Of a DNA stretch of 60,525 nt, positions 19,383-29,442 are shown piece by piece. Both the position numbers and the translations under genes were made by a program. This stretch comes from Oculatellaceae cyanobacterium bins.114 (GTDB lineage: Bacteria > Cyanobacteriota > Cyanobacteriia > Elainellales > Elainellaceae). Position 1 is the stretch's first letter; each line of letters opens with the position of its first letter. The notes below the pieces were generated by a model that saw only the letters and a program-made list of their open reading frames with translations, had not been told where the DNA came from and did not search any database. The stretch spans positions 1-60,525 of the forward strand of contig JANRJA010000049.1 in the NCBI GenBank assembly GCA_033764315.1, read 5' to 3'.

Positions 19383-19525
19383 GGGAAAAGATAAAAGGAT
19401 GAAGGATGAAGGATAAAAAAGTAATCCAGTGATTAGACCTGAATCAGTAGTTAATCGATCATCCTCCCTTTAGCCTTTAGCCCTCAGCCTTTTCTTTTTT
19501 CTCTCTTCTCTCTTCTTTCCTTCTT

Positions 19526-20383
19526 ATGAGCCAATCCACCGAGTCATTCCCTAGCCCGATTCTCTCGCGTCCGTCGGAAATGTTACCCCCAACTACGTTT
19601 TGGCGAATTGCGGAAGACATTCCTCGACGGTTGGTGATCGTTCTCGTGACTTTGTCGATTGCGGTACCGCTGTTGTTGTGGTGGGTGATTTCGAGTTGGA
19701 TGGCAGCGGGTGGGGGAACGGCAGCGATCTTCTTGCCAACGCCAACTCAAGTGATTGCGGCCTTTTGGGGACTGTGGAGTGACGGCACACTGCCTAAAGA
19801 CATCCTCTTTAGCTTATTTCGGGTGTTGAGTGGTTTTTTCCTAGCAGCGGTGATTTCAATTCCCTTAGGGGGCGTGATGGGCAGCTTTGCCAGTTTGCGA
19901 TCGCTCTTAGAACCCATCATTGGCATCATTCGCTACATGCCTGCTCCTGCTTTTATTCCACTATTGATCTTGTACTTTGGTTTAGGAGAAATTCCCAAGA
20001 TCCTGCTGATTTTCATTGGTACCCTCTTCTTCAACACGTTGATGATTATGGATGCGGTGAAGTTTGTGCCCAAAGAACTGATTGAAACCACCTATACCTT
20101 AGGAGGCAAACGATGGCAGGTGTTGCTGCAAGTGATTTATCCCTTCATTTACCCCAACATCATTGATGCCTGTCGAGTCAACATGGCAGCGTCTTGGAAC
20201 CTCGTTATTGTTGCCGAACTGGTTGCTGCGACCGAGGGCTTGGGCAAACGGATTAGTATTGCTCAACGCTTTCTCAGAACCGATGAAATCTTTGCAGGGT
20301 TGATTGTCATCGGGCTGATCGGCTTAGCGATCGACCTCCTGTTTCGGTTCTGGTTGCGGTTTGCTTGTCGGTGGTCAAGGTAG
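19526..20383 (+). CDS. ABC transporter permease (TauC/SsuC type)
   Basis: FLPTP, RYMPAPAFIPL, an EAA-like loop and VAELV..TEGLG. Confidence 0.93.
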   Translation: MSQSTESFPSPILSRPSEMLPPTTFWRIAEDIPRRLVIVLVTLSIAVPLLLWWVISSWMAAGGGTAAIFLPTPTQVIAAFWGLWSDGTLPKDILFSLFRVLSGFFLAAVISIPLGGVMGSFASLRSLLEPIIGIIRYMPAPAFIPLLILYFGLGEIPKILLIFIGTLFFNTLMIMDAVKFVPKELIETTYTLGGKRWQVLLQVIYPFIYPNIIDACRVNMAASWNLVIVAELVAATEGLGKRISIAQRFLRTDEIFAGLIVIGLIGLAIDLLFRFWLRFACRWSR

Positions 20384-20450
20384 TGTCAATTGTTAATAGT
20401 GCTGAATTTTGAGGTGCTCTCCACTGCCTTCCTAACTCCCCACTCAGAAT

Positions 20451-20536
20451 TCAAAACTCAAAACTCAAAACTCAAAACTCAAAACTCAAAACTCAAAACT
20501 CAAAACTCAAAACTCAAAACTCAAAACTCAAAACTC
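20451..20536. repeat. Heptamer tandem repeat (TCAAAAC)x12, STRR type
   Basis: 12 perfect units at 20451-20534. Confidence 0.97.
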
Positions 20537-20575
20537 GTACCCATCGACTTTCCCATCCTCCCACCCCTCTCTCCT

Positions 20576-21346
20576 ATGCACCTCGAAGTTAACCACCTCT
20601 ACAAACAGTTTCCGACTCGCAGTGGGTCAGTCTTGGCACTCAAAGACATCAACATGCACATCGAAGAAGGTGAGTTTGTCTGTGCGGTGGGGGCGTCGGG
20701 TTCTGGAAAATCGACGCTGCTACGGTTAATTGCGGGTTTGGAGACACCAACCACAGGTGAGGTGCTGGTGGATGGGGTGCGGGTGACAGGCCCAGGCAGC
20801 GATCGCGGCTTGGTATTTCAAAGCTACACCCTCTATCCCTGGATGACGGTGGCAGACAATGTCGGGTTTGGGTTGAAATTGCGCGGCATCTCGACGACCG
20901 AGCGACGGCAACTGGTGTCTTATTATCTCGATGTGGTGGGCCTAACCAAGTTTGCCAAGGCGTTGCCCAAGGAATTGTCAGGGGGGATGAAACAGCGAGT
21001 GGCGATCGCTCGTGCCCTTGCCTCTTGTCCCAAGATTTTGTTAATGGATGGACCCTTTGGGGCACTGGATGTGCAAACCAAAGAAACGATGCAGCAGTTC
21101 TTGCTAGAGATTTGGCGACGGACTCAAACCAGCATTTTTATGATTACCCACGATGTCGAAGAGGCTGTTTTTCTCTCCCAACGGATTTATGTGTTGACGG
21201 CTCATCCGGGTAGCATTCAGCGAGAAATCACCCTCGATCTTCCTGACGAGCGAGATTATCACATCAAGCGCAACTTCAAGTTCCAGGATTACAAAGACGA
21301 AATTATGGGGCTGCTGCGGGGAGAGGAGGCGGTGTTAGTAGGATGA
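20576..21346 (+). CDS. ABC transporter ATP-binding protein (TauB/SsuB type) with Walker B E->G
   Basis: GASGSGKS, LSGGMKQR, LLMDGPFGALD and ITHDVEEA; ATG at 20576 preferred over the repeat-containing upstream extension. Confidence 0.92.
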   Translation: MHLEVNHLYKQFPTRSGSVLALKDINMHIEEGEFVCAVGASGSGKSTLLRLIAGLETPTTGEVLVDGVRVTGPGSDRGLVFQSYTLYPWMTVADNVGFGLKLRGISTTERRQLVSYYLDVVGLTKFAKALPKELSGGMKQRVAIARALASCPKILLMDGPFGALDVQTKETMQQFLLEIWRRTQTSIFMITHDVEEAVFLSQRIYVLTAHPGSIQREITLDLPDERDYHIKRNFKFQDYKDEIMGLLRGEEAVLVG

Positions 21347-21475
21347 TAGGATGCTGAGTGAAAGAGTTGTGAGTGATGAGTTGCTTCACGACTTATCCCT
21401 GCTCTCCATTCTTGGCTCAAGGGTGTATCTTTAAGACAACTGACCGCAGGCTGATCTGTCTAAGTGTCCCTCCCT

Positions 21476-23389
21476 ATGAGCTACTGTCTCAACCTGGAGT
21501 GTCCTGCCCCGCACCAGCAAAAAACGCCGAATCCCTTAGAAGCAAAGTTTTGCTCAAACTGTGGTGCAAAGCTGTTATTGAACGATCGCTATCGTGCTCT
21601 TGAGGCGATCGGGCAGGGTGGCTTTGGGCGCACATTTTTGGCAGTGGATGAGTTAAAACCCTCCAAGCCGTCTTGTGTCATCAAACAATTGTTTCGACAA
21701 GAGCCGATTGAGCCGCCCGAAAAGGCGATCGAGCTATTTCGGTTAGAAGCGGTGCGCCTGGATGAGTTGGGGCAGCATCCTCAAATTCCCACGTTGCTGG
21801 CTTACGTTGAGCAAGACCAGCAAAAGTATCTGGTGCAGGAGTTTGTTAACGGGTGGAATTTAGAACAGGAACTGCGCGAGACAGGAGGATTTAACGAAGC
21901 CCAAGTGCGGCAGTTGTTAACCGACCTAGTGCCCGTCTTGCACTATATTCACACCCATCAGGTGATTCACCGCGATATCAAGCCAGAAAATATTATTCGT
22001 CGATCGAGCGATCGCCAGTTTGTCTTGGTTGATTTTGGAGCCTCAAAATTGGTGGGTGAGACGCCTTCAGAACTGGGTACTAAAATTGGCAGTCCGGGAT
22101 ATATCGCCCCCGAACAAGCCGAAGGCAATGCAGTCTTTGCCAGTGATTTGTATAGTTTGGGGGCAACCTGCATTCATTTGCTGACTGAGTTATCACCCAG
22201 TGAGGTGCTGAATCCGCAACGCCCCAACGCATGGAAACTCCATCTCAAGCAGCCGATCACAAAGCTCTTTGAGACGATGTTAGAGCGGATGTTGCAGGTC
22301 GATCTGCGGCAACGATATGCGTCAGCAGAGGCAATTTTAAAGGATCTAGAGCAAGCTCCTGTGGAGGATGACTTACCGCGATCGCCCCTTTGGGATATCA
22401 ATAGTGTGGGCACCTTGCCTACCTCCCCACGCACCCCCAAGGTTGCTCCAGCCGCAATCACCGCCAGCCCTTCCCCATCGGGATGGGAGTGCATTCACAG
22501 CTTTATGGCGCATGAATCGTGGATTCGGGCGATCGCCTTTAGCCCTGACGGAGAACTTTTGGTGAGTGGCAGTGGCGACAAAACTGTAAAGCTCTGGTCG
22601 GTCGAAACGGCTGAATTGCAGCGAACCTTGGATCAACACAACAGTTGGGTACGGGCGATCGCACTGAGTCCGGATGGCACAATCCTGGCTACGGCGGCTA
22701 ATGACAAAACAGTGCACCTGTGGGATCTAAAAACAGGTAAATTGCGAAATCAACTGGCTGGACACACCGACTGGGTCAGAGCCGTTGCCTTTGCTGCCGA
22801 TGGCAAAACCTTGATTACTGCTAGCCAAGACAAAACGGCCAAAGTGTGGGATTGGGAAGTGGGGCTTGCCATACAAACCTTGAGCGGGCACAACCATTGG
22901 GTCGTGGCGATCGCCATCAGCCCTGATAGTCAGACCATCGCCACAGCCAGTCGAGATGGCACCGTCAAACTCTGGAACTGGCAAACCGGAGCCTGTCGTC
23001 ATACCTTGATGGGACACAGTGCCGAAGTATTAGCGGTCGCCATTAGCCCCGATAACAACATGGTGGTGAGCAGCAGTGCTGACCATACGGTGCAACTGTG
23101 GGCATTAAAAACGGGCAAACATTTACACACCATTGCCGATCACACCAACTCTGTGAATTGCATTGCTTTTAGCCCCGATGGCAAGATATTAACCACGGGT
23201 AGCAACGACCAAACTATTCGTCTGTGGAAAGCCAATAGTGGAAAAGCGATCGCCACTTTAACAGGGCATAACGGTTGGATCTGGTCAATCGCCTTTAGCC
23301 CTGATGGTCAAACCCTGGCCAGCAGCAGTTGGGATGGGGTGATCAAACTCTGGCGACGTTCACTGCCGCAAGAACTGCCAGGCCGTTAA
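21476..23389 (+). CDS. Ser/Thr protein kinase with C-terminal WD40 repeats
   Basis: N-terminal 4-Cys motif, GQGGFG, HRDIKPEN, DFG, APE and seven WD40 repeats. Confidence 0.95.
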   Translation: MSYCLNLECPAPHQQKTPNPLEAKFCSNCGAKLLLNDRYRALEAIGQGGFGRTFLAVDELKPSKPSCVIKQLFRQEPIEPPEKAIELFRLEAVRLDELGQHPQIPTLLAYVEQDQQKYLVQEFVNGWNLEQELRETGGFNEAQVRQLLTDLVPVLHYIHTHQVIHRDIKPENIIRRSSDRQFVLVDFGASKLVGETPSELGTKIGSPGYIAPEQAEGNAVFASDLYSLGATCIHLLTELSPSEVLNPQRPNAWKLHLKQPITKLFETMLERMLQVDLRQRYASAEAILKDLEQAPVEDDLPRSPLWDINSVGTLPTSPRTPKVAPAAITASPSPSGWECIHSFMAHESWIRAIAFSPDGELLVSGSGDKTVKLWSVETAELQRTLDQHNSWVRAIALSPDGTILATAANDKTVHLWDLKTGKLRNQLAGHTDWVRAVAFAADGKTLITASQDKTAKVWDWEVGLAIQTLSGHNHWVVAIAISPDSQTIATASRDGTVKLWNWQTGACRHTLMGHSAEVLAVAISPDNNMVVSSSADHTVQLWALKTGKHLHTIADHTNSVNCIAFSPDGKILTTGSNDQTIRLWKANSGKAIATLTGHNGWIWSIAFSPDGQTLASSSWDGVIKLWRRSLPQELPGR

Positions 23390-23467
23390 CAGTTAACCTT
23401 TCTCACAAATCAAAGAGGATTGCTATACAATCTGTAACTGTATTTGAGATGGATGAAATAGAATTCT

Positions 23468-23905
23468 ATGCCTCTCTCAGTTGGTACACAAGCTCCAGAT
23501 TTCACAGTCAAAGATACAAATGGCAACACCGTTAAGCTCTCAGACTATTCTGGTAGAACGGTGGTGCTCTATTTCTATCCCAAAGATGACACCCCCGGTT
23601 GCACCAAAGAAGCCTGTAGCTTCCGCGATTATTACGCCGACTATCAAGGCAAAGAAATCACCGTGTTTGGGGTCAGCATGGATGATGAAGCCTCTCACCA
23701 GCAATTTACCGAAAAGTTTAATCTGCCATTTCCGTTATTGGCAGATGTCAACGGTGAACTAACCAAAGCCTACGATGTCGATGGTGGCGGCTATTCTAAG
23801 CGAGTGACTTATGTGATTGGCGGCAGCGGCAGCATTGTTAAGGTTTACGACTCCGTTAAAACCGATACCCACGCTACCGATATTTTGTCGGATCTTAAGG
23901 TTTAA
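23468..23905 (+). CDS. bcp: Peroxiredoxin of the BCP/PrxQ family
   Basis: YFYPKDDTPGCTKEAC. Confidence 0.93.
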   Translation: MPLSVGTQAPDFTVKDTNGNTVKLSDYSGRTVVLYFYPKDDTPGCTKEACSFRDYYADYQGKEITVFGVSMDDEASHQQFTEKFNLPFPLLADVNGELTKAYDVDGGGYSKRVTYVIGGSGSIVKVYDSVKTDTHATDILSDLKV

Positions 23906-23951
23906 GGTTCTCTTTCTGATCCCCCCTTGCCTCCGGCATCTCCCTTGATAA

Positions 23952-24116
23952 GCTACGGTGTACACACAAATCTTCTGATTTAGCCTCGGTTGGGTTTGAT
24001 CCTCCCTAACCCTCCTTAAAAAGGAGGGGATCGGAGTCAAGGTCCTTTTTAAGGGAGATCGAAGGGGATCGAGTCAGGTTTTGAACTCTTAACCCGAGAT
24101 CTGTGTACACGGTAGC
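23952..24116. mobile_element. MITE family D with an 8-bp target-site duplication
   Basis: Ends GCTACGGTGTACACA / TGTGTACACGGTAGC, flanked on both sides by CTTGATAA. Confidence 0.8.
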
Positions 24117-24242
24117 CTTGATAAGGGGACTGAGAGTTCGGGACGATGTCTGTCGTAAAGCCTGTTTCAATGGGTATGACAAAGTGGTTTGATTCTCATA
24201 GCTCCCAGGTCAACCCTGGGAGTGTTTGTATATAAACCGTTT

Positions 24243-25298
24243 ATGAAACTTCGAGTCACAACTTTTACGGTCAACAAGCGATTTCCTCTGACGATTAGCC
24301 GGGGTACCACGGCTCAAACCACTAATGTTTGGTTGACGATCGCCCATGATGGCATTGAGGGCTGGGGCGAAGCCTCCCCTTTTTCGGTCAGAGGGGAACG
24401 ACAGACAACAGAGGCGATCGCCCAGACTCTACAAACCCTTGCCCCCCAACTTGAAGCCTTTACCCCCTTTGACCAGCAAGCGATCGAACAACGACTACTG
24501 GAGTTACACATTCCCTCGGCGGCTCGGACGGCCATCGATCTGGCGTTGCACGATTGGGTGGGCAAACGAGTTGGCTTACCCCTGTGGCAACTGTGGGGGT
24601 TAGAGCGCGATCGCATCGTGCCCACCTCTGCCACCATCGGCATTAGTTCTCCTGAGGCGGCTCAAGCGCGAACTCGTCGTTGGCTAGAGTTTGCCCCTTT
24701 TCAGGCTATTAAAGTCAAGCTGGGCAACCCTGATGGCATTGCTGCCGATCAAGCCATGCTCAAAGCGGTGCTCACAGAAGTCCCCAAAGGGGCTAAAGTC
24801 AGCATTGATGCCAATGGAGGTTGGAGCTTAAACGATTCCATCTGGATGTCGCACTGGTTAGCCGATCAGGGTGTGACCTACATTGAGCAACCCCTCCCTG
24901 AAGGCCAGGAAGCTGAGTTGCCGTCCCTTTATCGAGAGTCGCCTTTGCCAATTTTTGTGGATGAAAGTTGCTTCAACAGTGATGACATTCCTAAATTGGC
25001 GGATCGGGTACATGGCATTAATATCAAACTGATGAAATCGGGCGGGCTAACTGAGGCAAGGCGAATGATTGCCACTGCCCGCGCTCATGGGTTACAAATC
25101 ATGTTTGGTTGCTACTCTGACAGTGCCTTGTCTAACACGGCGGCGGCGCATCTCGCCCCCTTTGCCGATCACCTCGATTTAGATAGTCATCTCAACCTCA
25201 TAGATGATCCCTTTGTTGGCGCGACCTTAGAGAATGGGAGCCTAGTGCCGACTGATTTACCAGGGTTGGGAGTGGTCAGAGGAAAGGCTGAAGGATAA
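24243..25298 (+). CDS. Dipeptide epimerase, enolase superfamily (L-Ala-D/L-Glu epimerase / DgcA-like)
   Basis: GWGEA, KVKLG, IDANGGW, IEQP, DES, NIKLMKSGG and DLD. Confidence 0.9.
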   Translation: MKLRVTTFTVNKRFPLTISRGTTAQTTNVWLTIAHDGIEGWGEASPFSVRGERQTTEAIAQTLQTLAPQLEAFTPFDQQAIEQRLLELHIPSAARTAIDLALHDWVGKRVGLPLWQLWGLERDRIVPTSATIGISSPEAAQARTRRWLEFAPFQAIKVKLGNPDGIAADQAMLKAVLTEVPKGAKVSIDANGGWSLNDSIWMSHWLADQGVTYIEQPLPEGQEAELPSLYRESPLPIFVDESCFNSDDIPKLADRVHGINIKLMKSGGLTEARRMIATARAHGLQIMFGCYSDSALSNTAAAHLAPFADHLDLDSHLNLIDDPFVGATLENGSLVPTDLPGLGVVRGKAEG

Positions 25299-25398
25299 AG
25301 GATAAGAAGGAAGAGTGAAAAATGAAGAACGAAATAAAGAAAAGAATGAACTGATTCAAATGTCTTATACCATTTCTACAGCTTCAGACTATGCATAC

Positions 25399-25535
25399 AA
25401 CCTGAGCTTAGAATCAAAATCTTGGCGGTTGAAACCGCGGCGATAGGAGCAAAACCGACCTGCGTTGGTTCGTCAAATTTTTATCTTCCGTAGTCCGCAC
25501 ATTAATTCGTTAGGGGCTTAACCCGAATTGACGTT
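25399..25535 (-). mobile_element. MITE family A, copy 3 (inverted, internally deleted)
   Basis: Reverse complement of the 48489-48653 element, including TTGGCGGTTGAAACCGC and CCGAATTGACGTT. Confidence 0.75.
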
Positions 25536-25665
25536 GTATAAACGCTGTCTCAACCCATTACACAAAGTTCCCTGATTCACTTTTCTTTTTATTTCATCCT
25601 TTAGCCTTTATCGTTCATCCTTATCTTTTCTCTCTCTTCTTTTTTCCTTCTTCCTTCTTCTTTTT

Positions 25666-26712
25666 ATGCTAACTGCCAATGATCGGGTTGCCATTCTGCT
25701 GCATGAGGGACTGCAAAACTCTAAGGGTAAAACAGGAATTTCGTTGCTGCGCTATAGCGATATTCCAATTGTGGCGGTAGTCGATCGAGAGTCGGTGGGG
25801 CGATCGCTCAAGGAACTGACAGGTATCGATCGCAATGTGCCGATTGTGGCTTCTGTGGCAGATGCTTTTCCCTATCAACCGACGGTGTTGAGTATTGGCA
25901 TTGCGCCTTCTGGAGGGGCATTGCCAGAGGCATGGCGACAAGAGGTAAAACAGGGCATTGCTGCCGGACTGTCGGTGGTCAATGGATTGCACACGCCAAT
26001 GGCGATCGCCCCTGATCTGGCTCCGCTGTTGCAGCCAGGGCAATGGATCTGGGATGTACGTCAAGAACCGACCGGGTTAACGGTGGGCAGTGCTAAGGCG
26101 CGATCGCTCTCGTGTCTGCGGGTGTTGACCGTGGGCACGGATATGAGTGTCGGCAAAATGTCTACTAGCCTGGAGCTAAATCGGGCTGCCAAAAAACGAG
26201 GGTTGCGATCGCAGTTCATCGCTACAGGACAAACTGGACTCATGTTAGGACATGACGGCATTCCCCTCGATGCGGTGCGGGTAGACTTTGCCGCTGGTGC
26301 TGTGGAACAGGTGGTGATGCGCCACGGCGAGACCCACGACATTCTCTTTGTTGAGGGACAGGGTTCCCTGATGAATCCTGCTTCCACCGCCACCCTGCCG
26401 CTGATCCGGGGCAGTCAGCCTACCCATCTCGTATTGGTGCATCGCGCCGGACAAGCCCACATTTACAACTGTCCCGATGTCCCGATTCCGCCGCTGCCCA
26501 AGGTGGTTCAAGTCTACGAAACCGTCGCCGAAGCGGGCGGTGCTTTTGCTCCTACTAAAGTTGCGGCGATCGCCCTTAACACCTTTCACCTCAGTGAAGC
26601 GGATGCCCAAGCGGCGATCGAGCGAGTGCAACTAGAAACTGGGTTGCCTTGCACCGATCCCATTCGCTTTGATGCTGAACCTATCCTGAATGCTCTATTG
26701 GGAGTTCTCTAG
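25666..26712 (+). CDS. DUF1611 P-loop protein (DgcN-like)
   Basis: GKTG, VGTDMSVGKMST, ATGQTG, DFAAGAVE and VEGQGSL. Confidence 0.9.
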   Translation: MLTANDRVAILLHEGLQNSKGKTGISLLRYSDIPIVAVVDRESVGRSLKELTGIDRNVPIVASVADAFPYQPTVLSIGIAPSGGALPEAWRQEVKQGIAAGLSVVNGLHTPMAIAPDLAPLLQPGQWIWDVRQEPTGLTVGSAKARSLSCLRVLTVGTDMSVGKMSTSLELNRAAKKRGLRSQFIATGQTGLMLGHDGIPLDAVRVDFAAGAVEQVVMRHGETHDILFVEGQGSLMNPASTATLPLIRGSQPTHLVLVHRAGQAHIYNCPDVPIPPLPKVVQVYETVAEAGGAFAPTKVAAIALNTFHLSEADAQAAIERVQLETGLPCTDPIRFDAEPILNALLGVL

Positions 26713-26820
26713 AGTGGGTTATGAGGGTTTAATGTTAATTTCTGTTTGAGTTTTTGGGCATTCTGGTTGCAAGTCAGTAAATCTAATTGAAATCTTGCTT
26801 CAACTAGAAATAAAAGAGCT

Positions 26821-28782
26821 ATGACAGAGCTAGATAAGCATATTCAAGAGCTGTTTGCTGCGATCCAAAACGCTGATGTTGACCAAGTAAAACGACTCTT
26901 AGCATCAGGTGTCACACTTGATCAAAAAAATGCCAACGGACAAACTCCCCTGACTTTGGCTTCTAGTATGAGTCATGCAGAAATTATCCAGTTGCTCATT
27001 TCAGCGGGTGCTCAAGTCAATTTAGCATCAGAACCTTTGGTCTTTAACCCTCAGATCACAGGCACAGACCTTCCAGGTGGACGAAACCTGAGTGACCTGA
27101 TTGCTCAAGCCACCGCTGAGGCACCTGAAGAGGTCAAAAATTTCTATGCTGGGTTTATGTCTGTTGTAGATGCCCTCTCTGGTCAGTCAAGTCAGTCTCC
27201 GATCGATGCAATGAATGATGCAGATCGAGTGATAGATGCAGATGACAGTGACGACGATCAGGAGAATTATGACGAAGATGAAGAAGCAAGCACCCCCCTT
27301 GGGGCAGCTGTTTTGAAGGGAGATGCCAACACCGTTAGAACGTTATTGCAAGCGGGAGCTAATCCTAATCCATCAGCCTGGTATGAACCCCCGGTATTGG
27401 TCATTGCTGCTCGTAAGGGCGATGTTGAAATTGTTCAAGCGTTAATTGCAGCAGGGGCAAACGTGAACCGTGGATTTGATGAATTGCCCCTTCATACGGC
27501 GGCTGAAGAGGGACATCTTGAGGTCGTTCGTTTGCTGTTGGAGGCGGGTGCAGATGTCGAGGGTTATGAAGAAGATGAGTGGACTGCACTGATGGCAGCT
27601 TCTTTTGCGGGCTATTTAGCGATCGCTCAACTTTTGGTGGAACGAGGTGCTGATGTCAATGCTTGGAGTCAGGGAGAAACTCCGCTCATGTTGGCTGCGA
27701 GGGGAGCTCATCGAGAGGTTTATCAGTTTCTTTATCCACTCGTGTCGGATGAGATTCGTGCCATTGGCGATCGTGATGCCGAAAATGAAATGGCAAAGAC
27801 CCTGAAACACAGAAGCAGAAAACAGAACAAATCTGTTGAAAAGCTCATTGATGCTGCTATGTATGGGGATTTAAAGAAGGTTCAACAACTGATTGCTGAT
27901 GGGGTAGATGTGAATGCGATCGCCTCTTGTAATCGTACGGCTCTATCTCTAGCTATCCAGGGAGGACATATCCCCGTCATTCAAGCATTGTTGGATGCAG
28001 GTGCAGATCCAAATTTGCCCGATGAAACCGATGATGGTTTGGTCGCAAACACTCCCTTAATGGAAGCGGCCAGCACTTTTTTTGCGCCCAATCGCAGTGA
28101 CATGGTGCGTTTGCTCATCCAAAAAGGGGCAAATGTCAATCAACAGGGTGCTCAAGGTCAAACCGCTTTAATGTCTGCTTTGGCTCACTCAGACATGGAT
28201 GTCATCGAAACCCTAATTAAGGCGGGTGCAAATTTAGACATTCGAGACAGCAACGGTAACACAGCATTAATGCAGGCTGAGAGTGGAAGATTAACTAAAG
28301 TCGCTAGTGTTTTACGACAAGCAGGAGCCTCTCAACAGGGGTTGAAAGAGGTTGAACTATTCAAAGCCGTTAGACAGGGTGATGTTGAGAAAGTGAAAGC
28401 CTTGCTTCAAGATGGGGTTGATATCAATCTTCGGGTCGGAGGCACTGCATTGTGCCAAGCCGCGCAAAAGGGAAACCTTGAGATTGTCAAACTGCTGATT
28501 GCTGCTGGTGCAGACGTGGATCAACGAGCGAGTGAGGGTTATTTTAATCCACTGCTGTATGCTGCCTATGATGGCAATTTAGAGGTTGTGCGAGCCTTGC
28601 TAGAAGCGGGTGCAGATGTGCATGTCAGAGTGAAGGATTATCTCAATCCACTGGAGTATGCCGAGTTGGGTCAGTGGGAAGGTAATAGAAAGGGGCAACC
28701 CTTTGATGAGGTCATTGCCCTTTTAAAGAGTTACGGTGCCACTAAATCTGCGTCACTCACCCAAGACAATGAGTTGAGTTAA
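26821..28782 (+). CDS. Ankyrin repeat protein
   Basis: Many TPL..A...G...V..LL..GA.VN repeats. Confidence 0.95.
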   Translation: MTELDKHIQELFAAIQNADVDQVKRLLASGVTLDQKNANGQTPLTLASSMSHAEIIQLLISAGAQVNLASEPLVFNPQITGTDLPGGRNLSDLIAQATAEAPEEVKNFYAGFMSVVDALSGQSSQSPIDAMNDADRVIDADDSDDDQENYDEDEEASTPLGAAVLKGDANTVRTLLQAGANPNPSAWYEPPVLVIAARKGDVEIVQALIAAGANVNRGFDELPLHTAAEEGHLEVVRLLLEAGADVEGYEEDEWTALMAASFAGYLAIAQLLVERGADVNAWSQGETPLMLAARGAHREVYQFLYPLVSDEIRAIGDRDAENEMAKTLKHRSRKQNKSVEKLIDAAMYGDLKKVQQLIADGVDVNAIASCNRTALSLAIQGGHIPVIQALLDAGADPNLPDETDDGLVANTPLMEAASTFFAPNRSDMVRLLIQKGANVNQQGAQGQTALMSALAHSDMDVIETLIKAGANLDIRDSNGNTALMQAESGRLTKVASVLRQAGASQQGLKEVELFKAVRQGDVEKVKALLQDGVDINLRVGGTALCQAAQKGNLEIVKLLIAAGADVDQRASEGYFNPLLYAAYDGNLEVVRALLEAGADVHVRVKDYLNPLEYAELGQWEGNRKGQPFDEVIALLKSYGATKSASLTQDNELS

Positions 28783-29378
28783 AAACCGTCAGGAATTTCT
28801 AAATCCAACGGTGGATAGTCATTTGCTCTCCATCGAATCAACTGTTGATCTAACTCCCATTGAATCGTCGCATCACTTGGACAAGCACCGCCATAACGTG
28901 GCGAAAACTCAGTTACATACTGTTGAATGATGAAGTGATTGGAGTAGATTCTGTAACTGCATGTATCTGAAGTGCTTACTTCTACAACCGCAAATTTTCC
29001 ACTTGGAGAAGCAAACTCAGGACGGATTACTTTTGTTTGTGGACTTCCTATCCAATAAATACCTAAAATCCCAAGAAATACCAAGATTAGAAGCCTGGTT
29101 GCTGGAATCAGAAAAATGTAGATAGGAAGTTTGACCAATCGATGCATTTGAAGATAGGGCAAAAGGTGAAGAACCCACCAGGAGAGACGAAAGGTCAGCA
29201 GAAGAATGGCAAGCCATAAGATAGGTTCTGCAAATTCCCACCCCCATTGCAATCGGTACAGCGGACGTTCAAAGAATCCTCCTACCTTGCCTGACCAAAT
29301 TAACCAATGCAGTCCTAGACTAAGGAACAAGCCAACATAAACTAGTTCTATCCAAACGACTCGTTGCTGTGTTTTCAC
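28779..29378 (-). CDS. Hypothetical membrane protein
   Basis: Three hydrophobic segments followed by a soluble domain; GTG start. Confidence 0.7.
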   Translation of the reverse strand: MKTQQRVVWIELVYVGLFLSLGLHWLIWSGKVGGFFERPLYRLQWGWEFAEPILWLAILLLTFRLSWWVLHLLPYLQMHRLVKLPIYIFLIPATRLLILVFLGILGIYWIGSPQTKVIRPEFASPSGKFAVVEVSTSDTCSYRIYSNHFIIQQYVTEFSPRYGGACPSDATIQWELDQQLIRWRANDYPPLDLEIPDGF

Positions 29379-29442
29379 TTGCCGATCTCACATCTGAATG
29401 ATGGATTTACTAATTCCATTGATTAACAATTTTCTGGCTTGC

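Noticed and set aside
20390..20575. N-terminal KTQNSKL-repeat extension of the ABC ATPase
   Set aside because: It is only the heptamer repeat read in frame; ATG 20576 gives a normal-length protein
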